Origin: Paragordius varius
Lineage: Eukaryota > Animalia > Nematomorpha
Assembly: GCA_964247055.1 (NCBI GenBank)
Contig: OZ176052.1
Location: 10,106,001 to 10,170,000 of the forward strand
DNA length: 64,000 nt
Reading direction: 5' to 3'
Position numbers and translations under genes: made by a program. The notes under the pieces were generated by a model. That model searched no databases and had not been told where the DNA came from. It saw only the letters and a program-made list of their open reading frames with translations. How positions within the stretch are numbered: position 1 is the stretch's first letter; each line of letters begins with the position of its first letter. Shown one piece after another: positions 45,901 to 57,965 of this stretch.

Positions 45901-48900
45901 TATAGTCGATTTTTCGATTTATAAAATTCCATTTTTAATTTCAATTTTACTGATAATCCACTGGAGTATCGAATTTTATTTAAATTTTTTATAAATAATT
46001 TTATAAAATCAAGAATTCTACCATGCATCTACTATAGATATTTTTTATTTTAATCTAATCCAACGTCTGTTGTAACAATTCTATATAATTTAATCAAACC
46101 GTAATCTTTAATTTAGATGACGACCAATATTTGTTTAACCTCATGTATGGATATTGGGACATAGATTCAGATAATAGTTTGACAGAATCAGAAATACTTT
46201 CACAGGATCGACAACGTGAAATTAAATCTAAATTACAAAATCATTCAAGTCCCGAGATATTGCGGAATCTTAAATCTCTATTTCAATATGCCGATGTTAA
46301 TAGGAATGGGAAATTAGAGCTTAAAGAGTTTTCCGATATTTTTAAAGGTGTAATTCGTGCAAATTTTGAGGATTTATTACAAACTTTAGATTAATTTTCT
46401 TTTATTTACTTTATATCTAGTCGTTTTTTGGGTGATTTCGTCAAATTTTAAAAATAAATCGGCACAATAAGATAGATTTAAATCATTTTTTTTATAATGC
46501 CTTATAACTATTAACAGTAGCGTATAGAAAAAAACTCTGTCCATATATAAATTATACAAATCTAATGTTAAACTATTTATTTTATAATGCCGTTTGATGT
46601 TTTTGTCCATACCCTACTGTATATAGAGTAATTAATTTGCAAATTTATGATATAAATCACCAAGTTGTTATAAAAAATATTTTTTTATTTCACGGGAAAA
46701 GAAAAAAACCAAAATATCAATCTTTGGTCAAATACTCCGAATCCCAGAAATCTAGAGTCTTCCCTTTCTGTAAGACAGGGTGCTTATGTACGCTTGAGAT
46801 GCAACGTTAAATTCTTACATTTATCATCAATTATATGGAGAAAGTATGGCCATGCTATAGTGGAATCCAATTTCCCTGATATAAAGGTTAAAATTTGTGG
46901 TTGAAATTTAATTATTAATTCACAAGATAACTGAGTTAATTTTATGTGCCCAATAAATTGTAAATTTTTATTCAAACATTTTTTTTAATTTTTTAAAAAC
47001 AAGATTAATAACCCAATTATTAATCGCTACTTTAATAATATTTTTTCGGAAAATTTACTTGGAATTGTTATCCATTTAAATTTTAAAATATGACTATCAG
47101 ATTTTTCCAGACGGTTCTCTTTATATCATGAATGCTTATCCCTATCATTCCGGCAATTATTCTTGTGAATTGGCAGAAATGAATATGCCTTATCAAACAT
47201 ACGCCTTAACCATACCTAACTCTTTGAGTGCGCACATTCAACCAACGTATCCCCAAATTGTAAAATTCAAAAACCTCGAAAGCTTAAAAGCTAGAAAAAA
47301 TGTAACTTTTTACTGCATGACAACAGGGTATACAGCTAATGAACCTAATATAACATGGTTTAAAGATGAAACTAGGATAGAACTCAACAGAAACAATTCC
47401 AATTCATATACACTGCTTGGTATTATTATATAGATTAACATTTAAACGTTTCCGCGTGAATACTTTAGTTGATGGGCGTAATAATTTTATAAAAACATTT
47501 ATCCATTTCCATTTTTGCCAAGCATGTTCATTTTTTTGGGCAAATTTATAAATTTATCAAATGTATTTGTAAGAAATTTGATTATTATATATGCCTTACG
47601 ACATATTTTAATTTATATACTTTTTTACAGCTAACGGAAAGTTATTGCAAATTACAAACCCTAAATATACTGACAATGCGGCTTACACGTGCCTTGTTCA
47701 AAATGGTGAGGAAACAACAAAGGCTCATTCCCAACTCTATGTTTTTGATTCAACAAATGATGTCCAATTCAATGGTATTCTTAAATTGTTATATTGTAAA
47801 GGCTTAAATTTTAAATTAAATATTTAGATATAAGATCTATTCTGATAAATCGGAGCTAAACTTGGGTCCCGATATATTTTTCATTTCTTAAGCCAATTTT
47901 TACTAGGTATTTACCCAAAGTAATTTTAAATGAAATTAAGCGTATGGCTCATTTTATGTCATTCATCGAATTAAATCACCACCAAAGCTTAATAGTACGC
48001 ATCGGCTTTCACCATAAACAATATTCATCTTATATCTTTTAATATATCGGTAACTAGGACGACGGATCGTATATTTTGCGTGTCAGTTGTCAGGGTTCCA
48101 ACCCAGAAAACTCACTTATTACTGTCAGCCAAGGCGATTGTAAAAGCTCTCTAGAGCAGGGGTGTCCAACACAAATGGCTTCGCGGGCCGCATCCGAAAT
48201 ATATATGGGCATTTGTAAATCATTTTTACTAAGATTTTGTGATAATATATTTGCAAATTATGGACTAATGTTTCGCGGGTCGCGTGTTGGACACCCCTTT
48301 CAATGCAAATAATTCCTAACCCTATGATAAAAATTAAAAAAAGAGACTTCAAAACTATATATTTTTATTATGTAGCTGTAGCTCATACCAAATTACACGT
48401 ATTCCATGGTAATGGAATCGAAACTTATGATCCTGACACCTGTGATGCCATTACATTTCTACCGCGAAGCGCAAAGATTTCCCATATAACAATGTTAAAA
48501 AATGGAAATATGCCTAACAGACCTATAACAAAGCGCTTTTGGATTCCTGAGAAAAGCCATCATCAACATAGCAACACCATATGCAAAAAGCATTGTGAAT
48601 GGGGTCCAGCTATCAATGTCAACGAAAAATTCATTTATACCCTTCAACCCAAAGCTAATAGATTACTGTTATACTACATACCAGACAATGTGTTTATTGA
48701 GGTAATATTAACTGAAATTAATTTTTAATTTTTTAAAAAAATCAAATTTTTAGTAACTATTTTAGCGCTAAACAATTTTTTATATTGATAGGAAATTTTG
48801 GTTGACAGACATCCGGTCGACTTAAGGTATGTTCCATGGTTGGATCAAGTGTGGGTCATTTGCGAATCGAACTCGGAGAAATTTTATAATAATTGGCCAA

Positions 48901-51900
48901 AACTCAAAACGTTTCAGGTTATTCTAAATGCATCAAGCCTTAAAACTCATGAAATAATTCATACACAACCTATCAATGGCCATTTTGATGAGGTAAAATT
49001 ATGTTTAAATTTTGCATTTAAAGTTATTATCTAAAATAATTCAAAATAAAAAGAATTTACTGAAACATCCAACCAAACAAATTAAAGTTTGGGGGAACGA
49101 AGCAACCATGTATTATTTGCTGTATTGCATGAATGGCATAGCAATTGTTTAGTCTATACAAAATTTATTGGCTTAATGAATAAATATAAAACATAGAGCA
49201 GAAATCAGCAAGGCCACCAAACATTTTTGCTATTTTAATTAAATTTATAGTAATCAGGGGCGTACTTTATTTGAGTTGTGAAAACGATTTTTGAAATGTG
49301 TTTCACTGAATCAATTATATCATACTTAAAAGTAAATCAGGTTAAACGCGTTTAAAAACCTTCAAAAAAGTGATAATACCTATCATAACAAAAATATTAA
49401 TATGGTAAAAATTCGTTATATTTTATGGGAATTATATTTTTATTGATATGCCATGAATAAATTTTTATTTGTCATGATAAAAAAAACTTTATATTGATGA
49501 TATTTTCTTTTTAATTATATTGTATTCGGGCTACTTAACTGGTTTGTCATTGTATTTTGACCGCGGTTATAAGAAGATTAAAATTGATAATAATTTATGC
49601 CACTCAATAGGTAACGGATATATTTATTCCCGATAACATTTTGGATGTGAATGTTGCAGTGAGATATGCCTACACCATACATAAGGATAGAATGGCTCTT
49701 TATAAATTGGATATGAAGGCATTAAAATATGATAATGTCATCGACATTTCCCAGCCATATCAGTGTCTTCCAAAGCAAATAGTGCAATACGTTTACGGTA
49801 AAAAAAAGTTTAACATGAATTACAGTTTGAGGGGCATGTAAGGAACCGCTGAGCGGACTTAAATTTCCTTAACTAGCCGATTCAAACGATTCCCATTATT
49901 TAATTTTATTTTTGATGTTTGTAGGTCTATAAATTTTCTTGAAGCTTGAAAATGGTGGCTTAAAATTGTTCCTTCTCTTTTGAGCCATAAGAAGACATTT
50001 AAGGTATTTTAACTTAGACCGGCTTACTCACTGAAAAGGTCGGCTCATTCACATGGCCCTTAGCAAGAATATATTTATTTGTCCCTATTTTTCTCCGACG
50101 ATATTAAAACACTAATATTTTTTTTTGATACTATTCCACGTAATATTTTTAATCACATAATGAAGGATTCTCTTTTAACTTAATATTATTCATCATTATT
50201 TTAAAAATTAATTGTTGCTAAAAAAATTTGGTCAGGTGGAATGGCATTTGTGCAATGTGTTGATTCAATGGGATACGAGAAAGGGTTACTTACGATGGAT
50301 ATATACACAAATAGAATAATATCATTTGAATCAAATATTCGCGGATCGCCACATATGACCCCTGATCAACAATATATCGTTTTTGTGGATAAACGAAGTC
50401 GAATCTTAAAAATTTCTGCTCTTAGACAAACTAAACGTATTTACTAGCCTAGCTTTTTTTAAAAAAAATGTTAAATTGGAAAATTATTAAATTTGGATTA
50501 ATAGTTTATAATTCAAATGATTCATTTTTGTATATTTTTAGTGCCTGAACCACTTTACGAAATGATATCCCCCGTTAAACCTGAACATGTTTCATATCAA
50601 ATTTCAAAAAGTGTCTCCGGTGGCTATAACTTAATTATTGCGAATCAGAACTCTATCATACAATACAATCTCAAAAATCAATCCGAAATTCATATTCTAA
50701 CGGATTCAAAATATATCACGTAAATATACAATAAAATAATATATATACTGGATTAGTGCATGGTCTAATAAAGCCGCAGTTAGGATTTATTTTTAGCGTA
50801 AAATTCTCCAATTAATTTATTTTCTTGAAATAAAAAAAAGCCATGTAAATATTTTTGAAAAAATAAAATGTTATTTATGCCTCACTCATATACGGGTGAT
50901 GTTTTGAAACTCGTAGTGATTTTAGTTCTTAAATTCAATTATACTACTAATAAGTTTATTATTATTTGTGTAAAGAATAAAATTAATCCTTAACATCGTC
51001 GCCTACGGACTGTTAATATTTAGTGTCGCTAATTTTATTAGTATGGACAACAGAAATTATCGATTACTAACCCGTTAAACTTAAAATATATTAATTAAAA
51101 AATTTTAACCGTTTTCGGTTTTAATGTTGGAAGCATGAAAAACCTGTGATATTATCAAAATAGTGTATTTATGCAATCATTTGCAAATATACCATTTACA
51201 ATTTAAATTCACCCTTGAACAACAAATTACCCTCGAACAATTCAAATTCACCTTTAAACATTTAAAATTCACCCTAAAAATAAATTATCTGTTTTCGTGT
51301 TAATATAAATCATCATTAATATGAAATATATTTTTATGTCATAGTTTATTTTTTTAGAATTTAAATTGTTCAAGGGTGAATTTGAACTGTAAATGGTATT
51401 TAAGCGAAATTATAGTATTGATTACGAACCAAATGTGTATTCAATTCACTTCATTAATATATTGTTATGTTTTACGGTGAACAGAAATTTTACACTCCTA
51501 TTTAATTCGATCGAATTGATTAAAGCGTCTTCAAATTCAAAATTTTATAGTAAAATCGAAAGAAACTGGTTTTGGGCTTTTTATTAATCGCTTCCTTCGA
51601 TTTACTGACTTTTCCTTATTTTTTAAAAACAAAAACTAACATGCTAACTAAAATTTATTTATTTTTAAAGAAATATGTATGGACTTTCCGCTCGAAACGA
51701 ACAAAATTGGTTGAAAACTGATGGTTCCGAAAATTCTTTTATAACGCAATCCAATACCCTTAAATCTCGATTTGTCAATGATAATCAATACAATCAATTC
51801 CATGCCATACTATATTATCAGAACCAAGCCACCAGCTTTTTGAATCAAAATGCACACTTAAATGAGAAAATATCCATTTTCAATGATGTAAGCAAAAAGC

Positions 51901-51992
51901 ATCATTGTGATATAACAAGAAAATATGTGGAGCCTAAATCAAATTCTATCAAGAGAGATGAGTATTACAACACTATAATATGGTCGCATTAA
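39905..51992 (+). CDS. Follistatin-like 4/5-type secreted protein (signal peptide, Kazal, EF-hand pair, two Ig domains, C-terminal beta-propeller-like region)
   Basis: 14 in-phase exons: 39905-39980, 44347-44946, 45200-45280, 45362-45466, 46117-46347, 46702-46886, 47101-47419, 47631-47774, 48376-48701, 48792-48992, 49611-49797, 50236-50436, 50542-50719, 51671-51992. Motifs: VCGSDGVMYENIC (Kazal), DVNRNGKLELKEF (EF-hand), DGSLYI..GNYSC and DNAAYTC (Ig), CEWGPAINVNEKFIY, DQVWV, terminal HCDIT..NTIIW resembling FSTL4/5. Exon 1 (MIILSLLNAILIVVS) is assigned from its hydrophobicity and phase. Confidence 0.85.
42040..43940 (+). repeat. Diverged tandem satellite, ~160-bp monomers alternating A/B to form a ~320-bp higher-order unit, in FSTL intron 1
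   Basis: The anchor AAGGCAAAAA or a variant occurs at 42195, 42364, 42516, 42678, 42843, 43002, 43161, ~43324, 43475, ~43639 and 43794. Alternate monomers share AAAACTGCGCCACCATAT or AAAAATGCGCCACCATAG blocks. Confidence 0.9.
48157..48299. mobile_element. hAT (Charlie-like) MITE in an FSTL intron
   Basis: TIRs CAGGGGTGTCCAACAC..GTGTTGGACACCCCTT; the left flank CTCTAGAG fits the TCTAGA target preference of hAT-Charlie elements, but the right TSD is not matched. Confidence 0.7.
51189..51399. mobile_element. MITE with ~35-bp terminal inverted repeats in the last FSTL intron
   Basis: Left ATACCATTTACAATTTAAATTCACCCTTGAACAA versus right TTGTTCAAGGGTGAATTTGAACTGTAAATGGTAT (2 mismatches); repeated AAATTCACCC motif. 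Confidence 0.75.
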
Positions 51993-52469
51993 ATATGACA
52001 TTAGATAAAACTTATAAATTTTATCTATATATAGCTGTGCAGCTTTTATGTGATTTTTGATAAAATATGTGATTGATTTTATTATTTGTATGAGAACACA
52101 ATTATATATATTATTTATAAGCTTTCTGTATAATAATAACATGTTACCGCCAAAATAATAAATGTGATATTGTCATTAACATATTATTTCAGAAATTTAT
52201 ATAAATAATAATTCCATCACTAGTATTTTTAATGAAAGACCTTTTGTTAAAAATTATTAAAAAACCAATAGAGTTATGGTTAGAAAAAATGGAAAAAACA
52301 AACTTTAATCTAAAATCATTGAAACTACCAATGAGATTAAATCATTTAAGAAATAAAAAATTAAAAACCAATGTTATTGACAATTTAACAAATAATGAAC
52401 ACTTCCACAATTTAAATTATTTTATGTTAAACAAACATATTTTTAAATACAATCATGGTTTCATTTAAG

Positions 52470-52719
52470 CAGAAGCGTACCTAGGGGGAGGAAAGGGGGG
52501 GGGGGCGGTGATGCACTTTTAAAAAATTTTTAAAATTTAAATTTTATTTCAAAAAAATAGGTATTTAAAAGTTATTATTTTAATAATACATAAAAAATGA
52601 CCCATTTATGGGTGGTCATGACGATAATTTGATTATTTTTATAAAATGCTGAAGGTTGTATGGAGGGGCGCCATCACAGATTCATGCACCTGGCGCCAGA
52701 AATGCAAGCTATGCCTCTG
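52470..52719. mobile_element. hAT-like MITE between FSTL and HIRA
   Basis: Imperfect TIRs CAGAAGCGTACCT..AGCTATGCCTCTG; 8-bp flanks CATTTAAG and TATTTAGG (6/8 identical); GC-rich ends. Confidence 0.6.
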
Positions 52720-53631
52720 TATTTAGGACGTCTTGATTTTTAGGATAAAGTATTTGGAGAATTTAAAAATTAGCGTATGAAGTAAAAACCATAGACCACC
52801 AAACAGATAATTATCAATTTTTTAATTCTAATTAAATATTGACAATCCAATCAAGCAAAAGAAAGCACTTAAAATAGTTGATATTTCAGAATTTTACCAT
52901 GTAAAATTCATAAATAGTGGATCCGAATTCTTAAAATATTGTTTTAAATAAAATAATATTGTAATAATAAAAAGTGTTTTATACATACTTATAAATTTTT
53001 TAAAGCTTATATAAAATAAAATTTTGGAGGTATTTCGTGGGTATCGTATTGAACAAAAATACATTATAAAGCTTAAAAATCCGTTATTTTAAATCATCAT
53101 TGCAAATCTTCTCCTGATAGTTAAAATTAGCTAACGGTTTCTTTCAAAATTAAAATTCTAAATGCTTTATCTGTATTTTAATCTTAATATTAATATTTTA
53201 AAATTAATATCATTTGGTGGGCGTTTTCAAGATTGCGTTTGTTTGACACTAATTTTTTAACTTTTCTTTAAATAAATTTTGAGAAAGTACACAAAGGACA
53301 TTTAAACAATTTAGGTATTTTAATCATTTAATTTAAAATTATTTTATATTTATCCCCAGATTTTGAAATCCGCTTAGAATTTTCAATATTATTCACAAAA
53401 TATATTTATTACCATTTCTAGGAGCTTTTTTTGTCAAAAGCAATATCTTTATAATTTTTATATTTTAAGGGGCAAATATTAAAGATTTGAAAGAAAAAGT
53501 TTGAAAGCCTGTAATTTTGAATGATGCAGTATAAATAAATAAAATTTTTAATATTCTTTGACTAAATCCATATTATATGATTTGATATAAATAAATAGCA
53601 CAATTAACTATCTAATAACATTTTTAATTTA

Positions 53632-56322
53632 TCACAGGCGTAAGAGATCAAGAAACTGTTGAAGCCACGGTTTTGTCGTTACATTACTTTTCATAATTTC
53701 TTCGGTAATCTTGATCAAATTTTTTGAGCAATATTGTGAATCGGAAAAAGATTTTAGAGATGTTACGATTTCGTTTAATTCGGATTTGAAATCTGAATCA
53801 ACGATATGTTTTAACAAACGATGATAAGAAGCTGCATAATGTGTACCTTCGCAACTATTATCATCGCCTTGATTTTCTGATTTTATCATGCAATCTAAAA
53901 ATTGATTTTGTAAATATCTTAAATATTGGTAACCAGTAGTGTCATTTAAACATTTATAAACAGTGGCACAATCTTGTTTACGTTCAAGTATTCCTCTAAT
54001 ATTAATTTTCTCAATGCTAGATAACTTTGGTGTGTTTATTGAATCAATAATGTCATCATTATTGAGTAATAATTCCGTATCACCATATATCTCTTGGTAA
54101 AGGATGGTCAACACATCATTCGATTGTTTATGTAAAAGCCAAACATTCATTTTTTGATGATACATGTACGAATTGCCCGAATCAAAATGTATAATTGGCC
54201 CATGATGCGCATTATCAAGATCGATTGAGGTGAGACGTCCACTATCGGTTTCGATAGGTGTAACTGAGACATTAGATAATACACAAGAGTGTAAAGGTTC
54301 AAATATAGATGCCTGAGTTCTCCAAACCCAAAGTTGTCCATGGATTGTTATGACAGCAATTTTATCGCAGCCCTTATACATGGTGGCCACGGGCGAAGGT
54401 AGGGTCAGGGGTGGCATTAGCTTTTGACCAGATTTTGGTGATAGTAACAGAATGGCACTAAGTAATCCCAAATTAAGAACCAACACATGGTTATTGGCTA
54501 TGGCCCCCAGGACCGGGTGAGGGAATGCAAAAGAATTTTTCCAAATCATCTCACGCCCAGTTTCTTGGTCTTGAAAAAATGAGCAAACTTCTCGATATGC
54601 ATTAATACTTATGATATATGATTGATTCGATTTAGTCAACATAATAGAAGTCAATTTAATTTTTTCGTTTTTAATTTCAATGAGAAGATGTGGGGTATGA
54701 GACGTTTTTATGTGCGCATATATAATATCTTTGGATAAGGGAGGATCTATTTGCCTGTGTATTATCTTTGGTAATAATAGTGTCTCTTCGATATTAAACA
54801 TTTTTTGAGATGGAAGTTCATTAGATATATTACTTGATGAAGATTTCTCATCTTGCAATTTGGTGGATTTAACATGACTAAAAGGGATCTTCTCTATTTT
54901 CAAGCAACTCTTATTATTAGTAGTACTGGTAAATGTCTGAAAGGTAGATTCCGTACATAAAATATCACTATCAGTCAAAAACATAGGGGTGATTCGTTTC
55001 TTACCATTGGGTAAGATCGTTTCAAGCTGCCTGTCGATAGGCGGAGAGTATAAACTTTTATTTTTCTTAGTGCTTTTGTTTGCATGTTTTTGCTTGTCGG
55101 TAAGAGCCGATTGAGCGCTTTCTTCAATTATATCAGAATCTGAATCCTTGTGAGATCTGTTTGGAAGATTTAACGTGTTAGGATCTAAGATATCCCATTC
55201 ATCTCCATATATTTTCTTTTGCATCGATATTCGTTCTGGTTCACTCAATGGCTTTCCAATTTCATTCGTATCGAATTCTATGTAGCAAACAGTCCCGTCA
55301 AGCGAACATGCCATAAGCGATTTCCCATCCGAACTCCAGGACACATCCATAATAGCTTGATCAAACATTTTGTGTATGACAACTAGCGGTCGCTTTAGCG
55401 CAGTCATCCAAATCGAAATGGATTTGTCTTTGCTCCCCAGTGCACAAACAGAATACTGTTGAGGTTTAACATTATCCGTTCTGATACGTTTCATTAGAAT
55501 GTTAGGGTTGAATCGTGTACATGTTACCGCTTTTCGATGTCCAACAAAATCCATGTTACATTTCCACCCATTCCGTTCAATTATTTGAGCCGTTGGACCA
55601 GCATTATTCATTGCATGAGCCGTGACAATGTAATGGCCATCAGGAGACCAACCCAACCGTAAAACCTGAGTCGTACCAGAACACTCTTGAAAGGGTTTAA
55701 CTATTTCAGTGACCTGCTTCCAATCTTTGCTTGACCATACTTTAACGGATTTATCGTCGGACTGTGAGGCTAAATATTTCCCCGTAGGATCCCATGTGAC
55801 ACCCTTTACCAAACCAGAATGTCCACGAATGATAGTTAGGATTTGAAAAACATTAAATGCATTCCAAATTATAATTGAATTATCAATGCTAGCTGATGCA
55901 AGATAAACATCGTGTGGGGACCAAGCTAAATCTAAAACATCACCTGAGTGACCGCTCAATATATGATGAGTTTTCCAATTTTCTGTATGTTTTGTCATCA
56001 ATTTATTTGGAATGTTTTTTGACACCTTTTTCCAAATTATAATTATTTTATCATCACCCCCAGAGGCCAAGTAGTTTCCGGAATTCGACCATCGCACGGA
56101 ATTTACGCAAGCAGTATGATTATCCATTTGACATAAAATTTTGGGAACGGTACTGTCATTTTCTATTTCTTCGTCAATAATTGGATTCATGTTCCAAAGA
56201 ATAATTTTTCCATTTTCATACTCTAAACCACCGGTAGCAACCTTTTTATTATCCGGATGAATGTCAATAGAATATATAGCACTTCCACCGTGATTAACCC
56301 ATGTTGGTTTTAAAAGTTTCAT
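53632..56322 (-). CDS. HIRA: HIRA histone H3.3 chaperone (WD40 repeats, B-domain, C-terminal Hira domain), single exon
   Basis: Uninterrupted 896-aa ORF beginning MKLLKPTWVNH, with LCQMDNHTACVNSVRWS, GHSGLVKGVTWDP, AHAMNNAGPTAQIIER and the B-domain-like ETILPNGKKRITPM. Confidence 0.98.
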   Translation of the reverse strand: MKLLKPTWVNHGGSAIYSIDIHPDNKKVATGGLEYENGKIILWNMNPIIDEEIENDSTVPKILCQMDNHTACVNSVRWSNSGNYLASGGDDKIIIIWKKVSKNIPNKLMTKHTENWKTHHILSGHSGDVLDLAWSPHDVYLASASIDNSIIIWNAFNVFQILTIIRGHSGLVKGVTWDPTGKYLASQSDDKSVKVWSSKDWKQVTEIVKPFQECSGTTQVLRLGWSPDGHYIVTAHAMNNAGPTAQIIERNGWKCNMDFVGHRKAVTCTRFNPNILMKRIRTDNVKPQQYSVCALGSKDKSISIWMTALKRPLVVIHKMFDQAIMDVSWSSDGKSLMACSLDGTVCYIEFDTNEIGKPLSEPERISMQKKIYGDEWDILDPNTLNLPNRSHKDSDSDIIEESAQSALTDKQKHANKSTKKNKSLYSPPIDRQLETILPNGKKRITPMFLTDSDILCTESTFQTFTSTTNNKSCLKIEKIPFSHVKSTKLQDEKSSSSNISNELPSQKMFNIEETLLLPKIIHRQIDPPLSKDIIYAHIKTSHTPHLLIEIKNEKIKLTSIMLTKSNQSYIISINAYREVCSFFQDQETGREMIWKNSFAFPHPVLGAIANNHVLVLNLGLLSAILLLSPKSGQKLMPPLTLPSPVATMYKGCDKIAVITIHGQLWVWRTQASIFEPLHSCVLSNVSVTPIETDSGRLTSIDLDNAHHGPIIHFDSGNSYMYHQKMNVWLLHKQSNDVLTILYQEIYGDTELLLNNDDIIDSINTPKLSSIEKINIRGILERKQDCATVYKCLNDTTGYQYLRYLQNQFLDCMIKSENQGDDNSCEGTHYAASYHRLLKHIVDSDFKSELNEIVTSLKSFSDSQYCSKNLIKITEEIMKSNVTTKPWLQQFLDLLRL

Positions 56323-56534
56323 CTGGAATATGCAAAATGTGGGAAACAGCTTTCAAAGATTTTTTAACAAATATATTTATGTGTTACATCGAAAAAATGT
56401 ATGAAAAAACAAGATGAACATCTAAACGTTTATTAATATATTGCATTATATAAAGCAATTTACTGATTTCTCTGAGGAGAAAGTGGAGGGCTGTAGTTCC
56501 ATGTATAGTAAATTAATAAATGCTAAAGTACGCA

Positions 56535-57101
56535 TTAACACTTGGATACAACACACTCATTTTAGTCCTTCGTTTCAAATTGGGGTAGTTGGATACCCCA
56601 GGCCTGTTTGAAATCAAATACTTTAAAAAGTTTGGAAGGAATCGAAACCATGGCAGAATTTTGCACTTATACAACATATATAAAAAATTTTATTCAAAAA
56701 TAGTTGTTATTACTTATTTTAAGCTAAAACCGAAAGATAAAAATTTTGTCAACGTGACATTGTCAAATTGTAAAATTGAAAAATTATACAAACTAAACCG
56801 CTTTTTCTATTTCTATCAATGTAAGATGTAATTTATATAAAAAATTAACTTTAGTTTTACCCTTAAAATTAAATAAAGACGATATTAAAATTTTGTAAAA
56901 TAAAAATGGCGTCGAAGATTGAGATGGAGCTTATTTTTCAAAACAAAATTTTATCAAGATAATTTGGCATATTTATATAATATTTATCAGTATAGAAGTA
57001 TAAATTTAAATTGGGACGGTTTCCTTCAGTAGTTTTTTAAAAATATTAATTTAAATTTAGACTGGGGTATTTAGAGACCCCAATTTGAATCGAAGTGTTA
57101 A
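56535..57101 (+). mobile_element. TTAA-flanked MITE, copy 3, about 210 bp upstream of the HIRA start codon
   Basis: TTAA-CACTT..AAGTG-TTAA termini, with subterminal inverted blocks TTCAAATTGGGG..ATACCCCAG at both ends. Confidence 0.8.
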
Positions 57102-57679
57102 AAAAAATTCGTTTTTGTACGCAGCGTTATTTGCCTGTTATATACGTCAAAAATGGGGATTGAAAAATAAAGATTAATTAATCATATATCATTTGATAGT
57201 TAACAGCTTCATGATAACGAATATCAAAATGATCTATGTGGTTAAAATCTAAAAATTATATCCTGAATCAAAAAATCGCATTTTATTGCATATTCAGTCA
57301 AAAATATATACAATAGATTAAAGCGCTTCACTAAATATTATTTGGGCAATCATAGAATAAGAATGATTCTAAAAAGAAAAAATTATCAAATAAATTTAAA
57401 TTTTTTCTTGGAGGGTCTCACAAACGGTGGAATGATAAAAAGGTCGTGACTTGTAAGTCAGGCGTGGCAAGTTGAGCAAGTTTACTTAAGCCAGCAAGTG
57501 TACACTTGAAGATCAGTGTTAAAAACACTTAAATCAAGTCTTTTGCTTATGAATGTAATTTTAAATATTTTCAGCCAAAATTTATGAAATAAGGCACAAA
57601 TTTTTTATTTGATTCTCGCGAGCCGCAGATATATTATGGAGGGCCGCCTGTTGAACCCTCTTGCTGTCTATAATTGGGA

Positions 57680-57965
57680 CAGATCCAAAACATTGAACTA
57701 AACAGTTGATTTTACAATCGATAAATATCACGTTTTTGCTGGTATGTAACCTGAAAGCTTATATGAGTTAATTTTTTGAATTTTCTCACCATAATATATA
57801 TTTATTTCCTTATTGTATTAGCGATTTAAAATTTACATTTTTTTAAAAAAATTGTATTATGCACCTAGAATGCTAAAAAGCGTTTATTTAATTTCAGCTT
57901 AATATCTTAAATACTTTTTAAGATATTCAAATTTTGATTCGCTCTGGGACATATACCCCAAATTT
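57680..57965 (+). repeat. Diverged dispersed repeat family member
   Basis: Colinear similarity to 3570-3925. Confidence 0.6.

Noticed and set aside
52232-52468. 78-aa K/N/L-rich ORF after the FSTL stop
   Set aside because: Its composition mirrors AT-rich non-coding DNA; no domain or supported splice sites.
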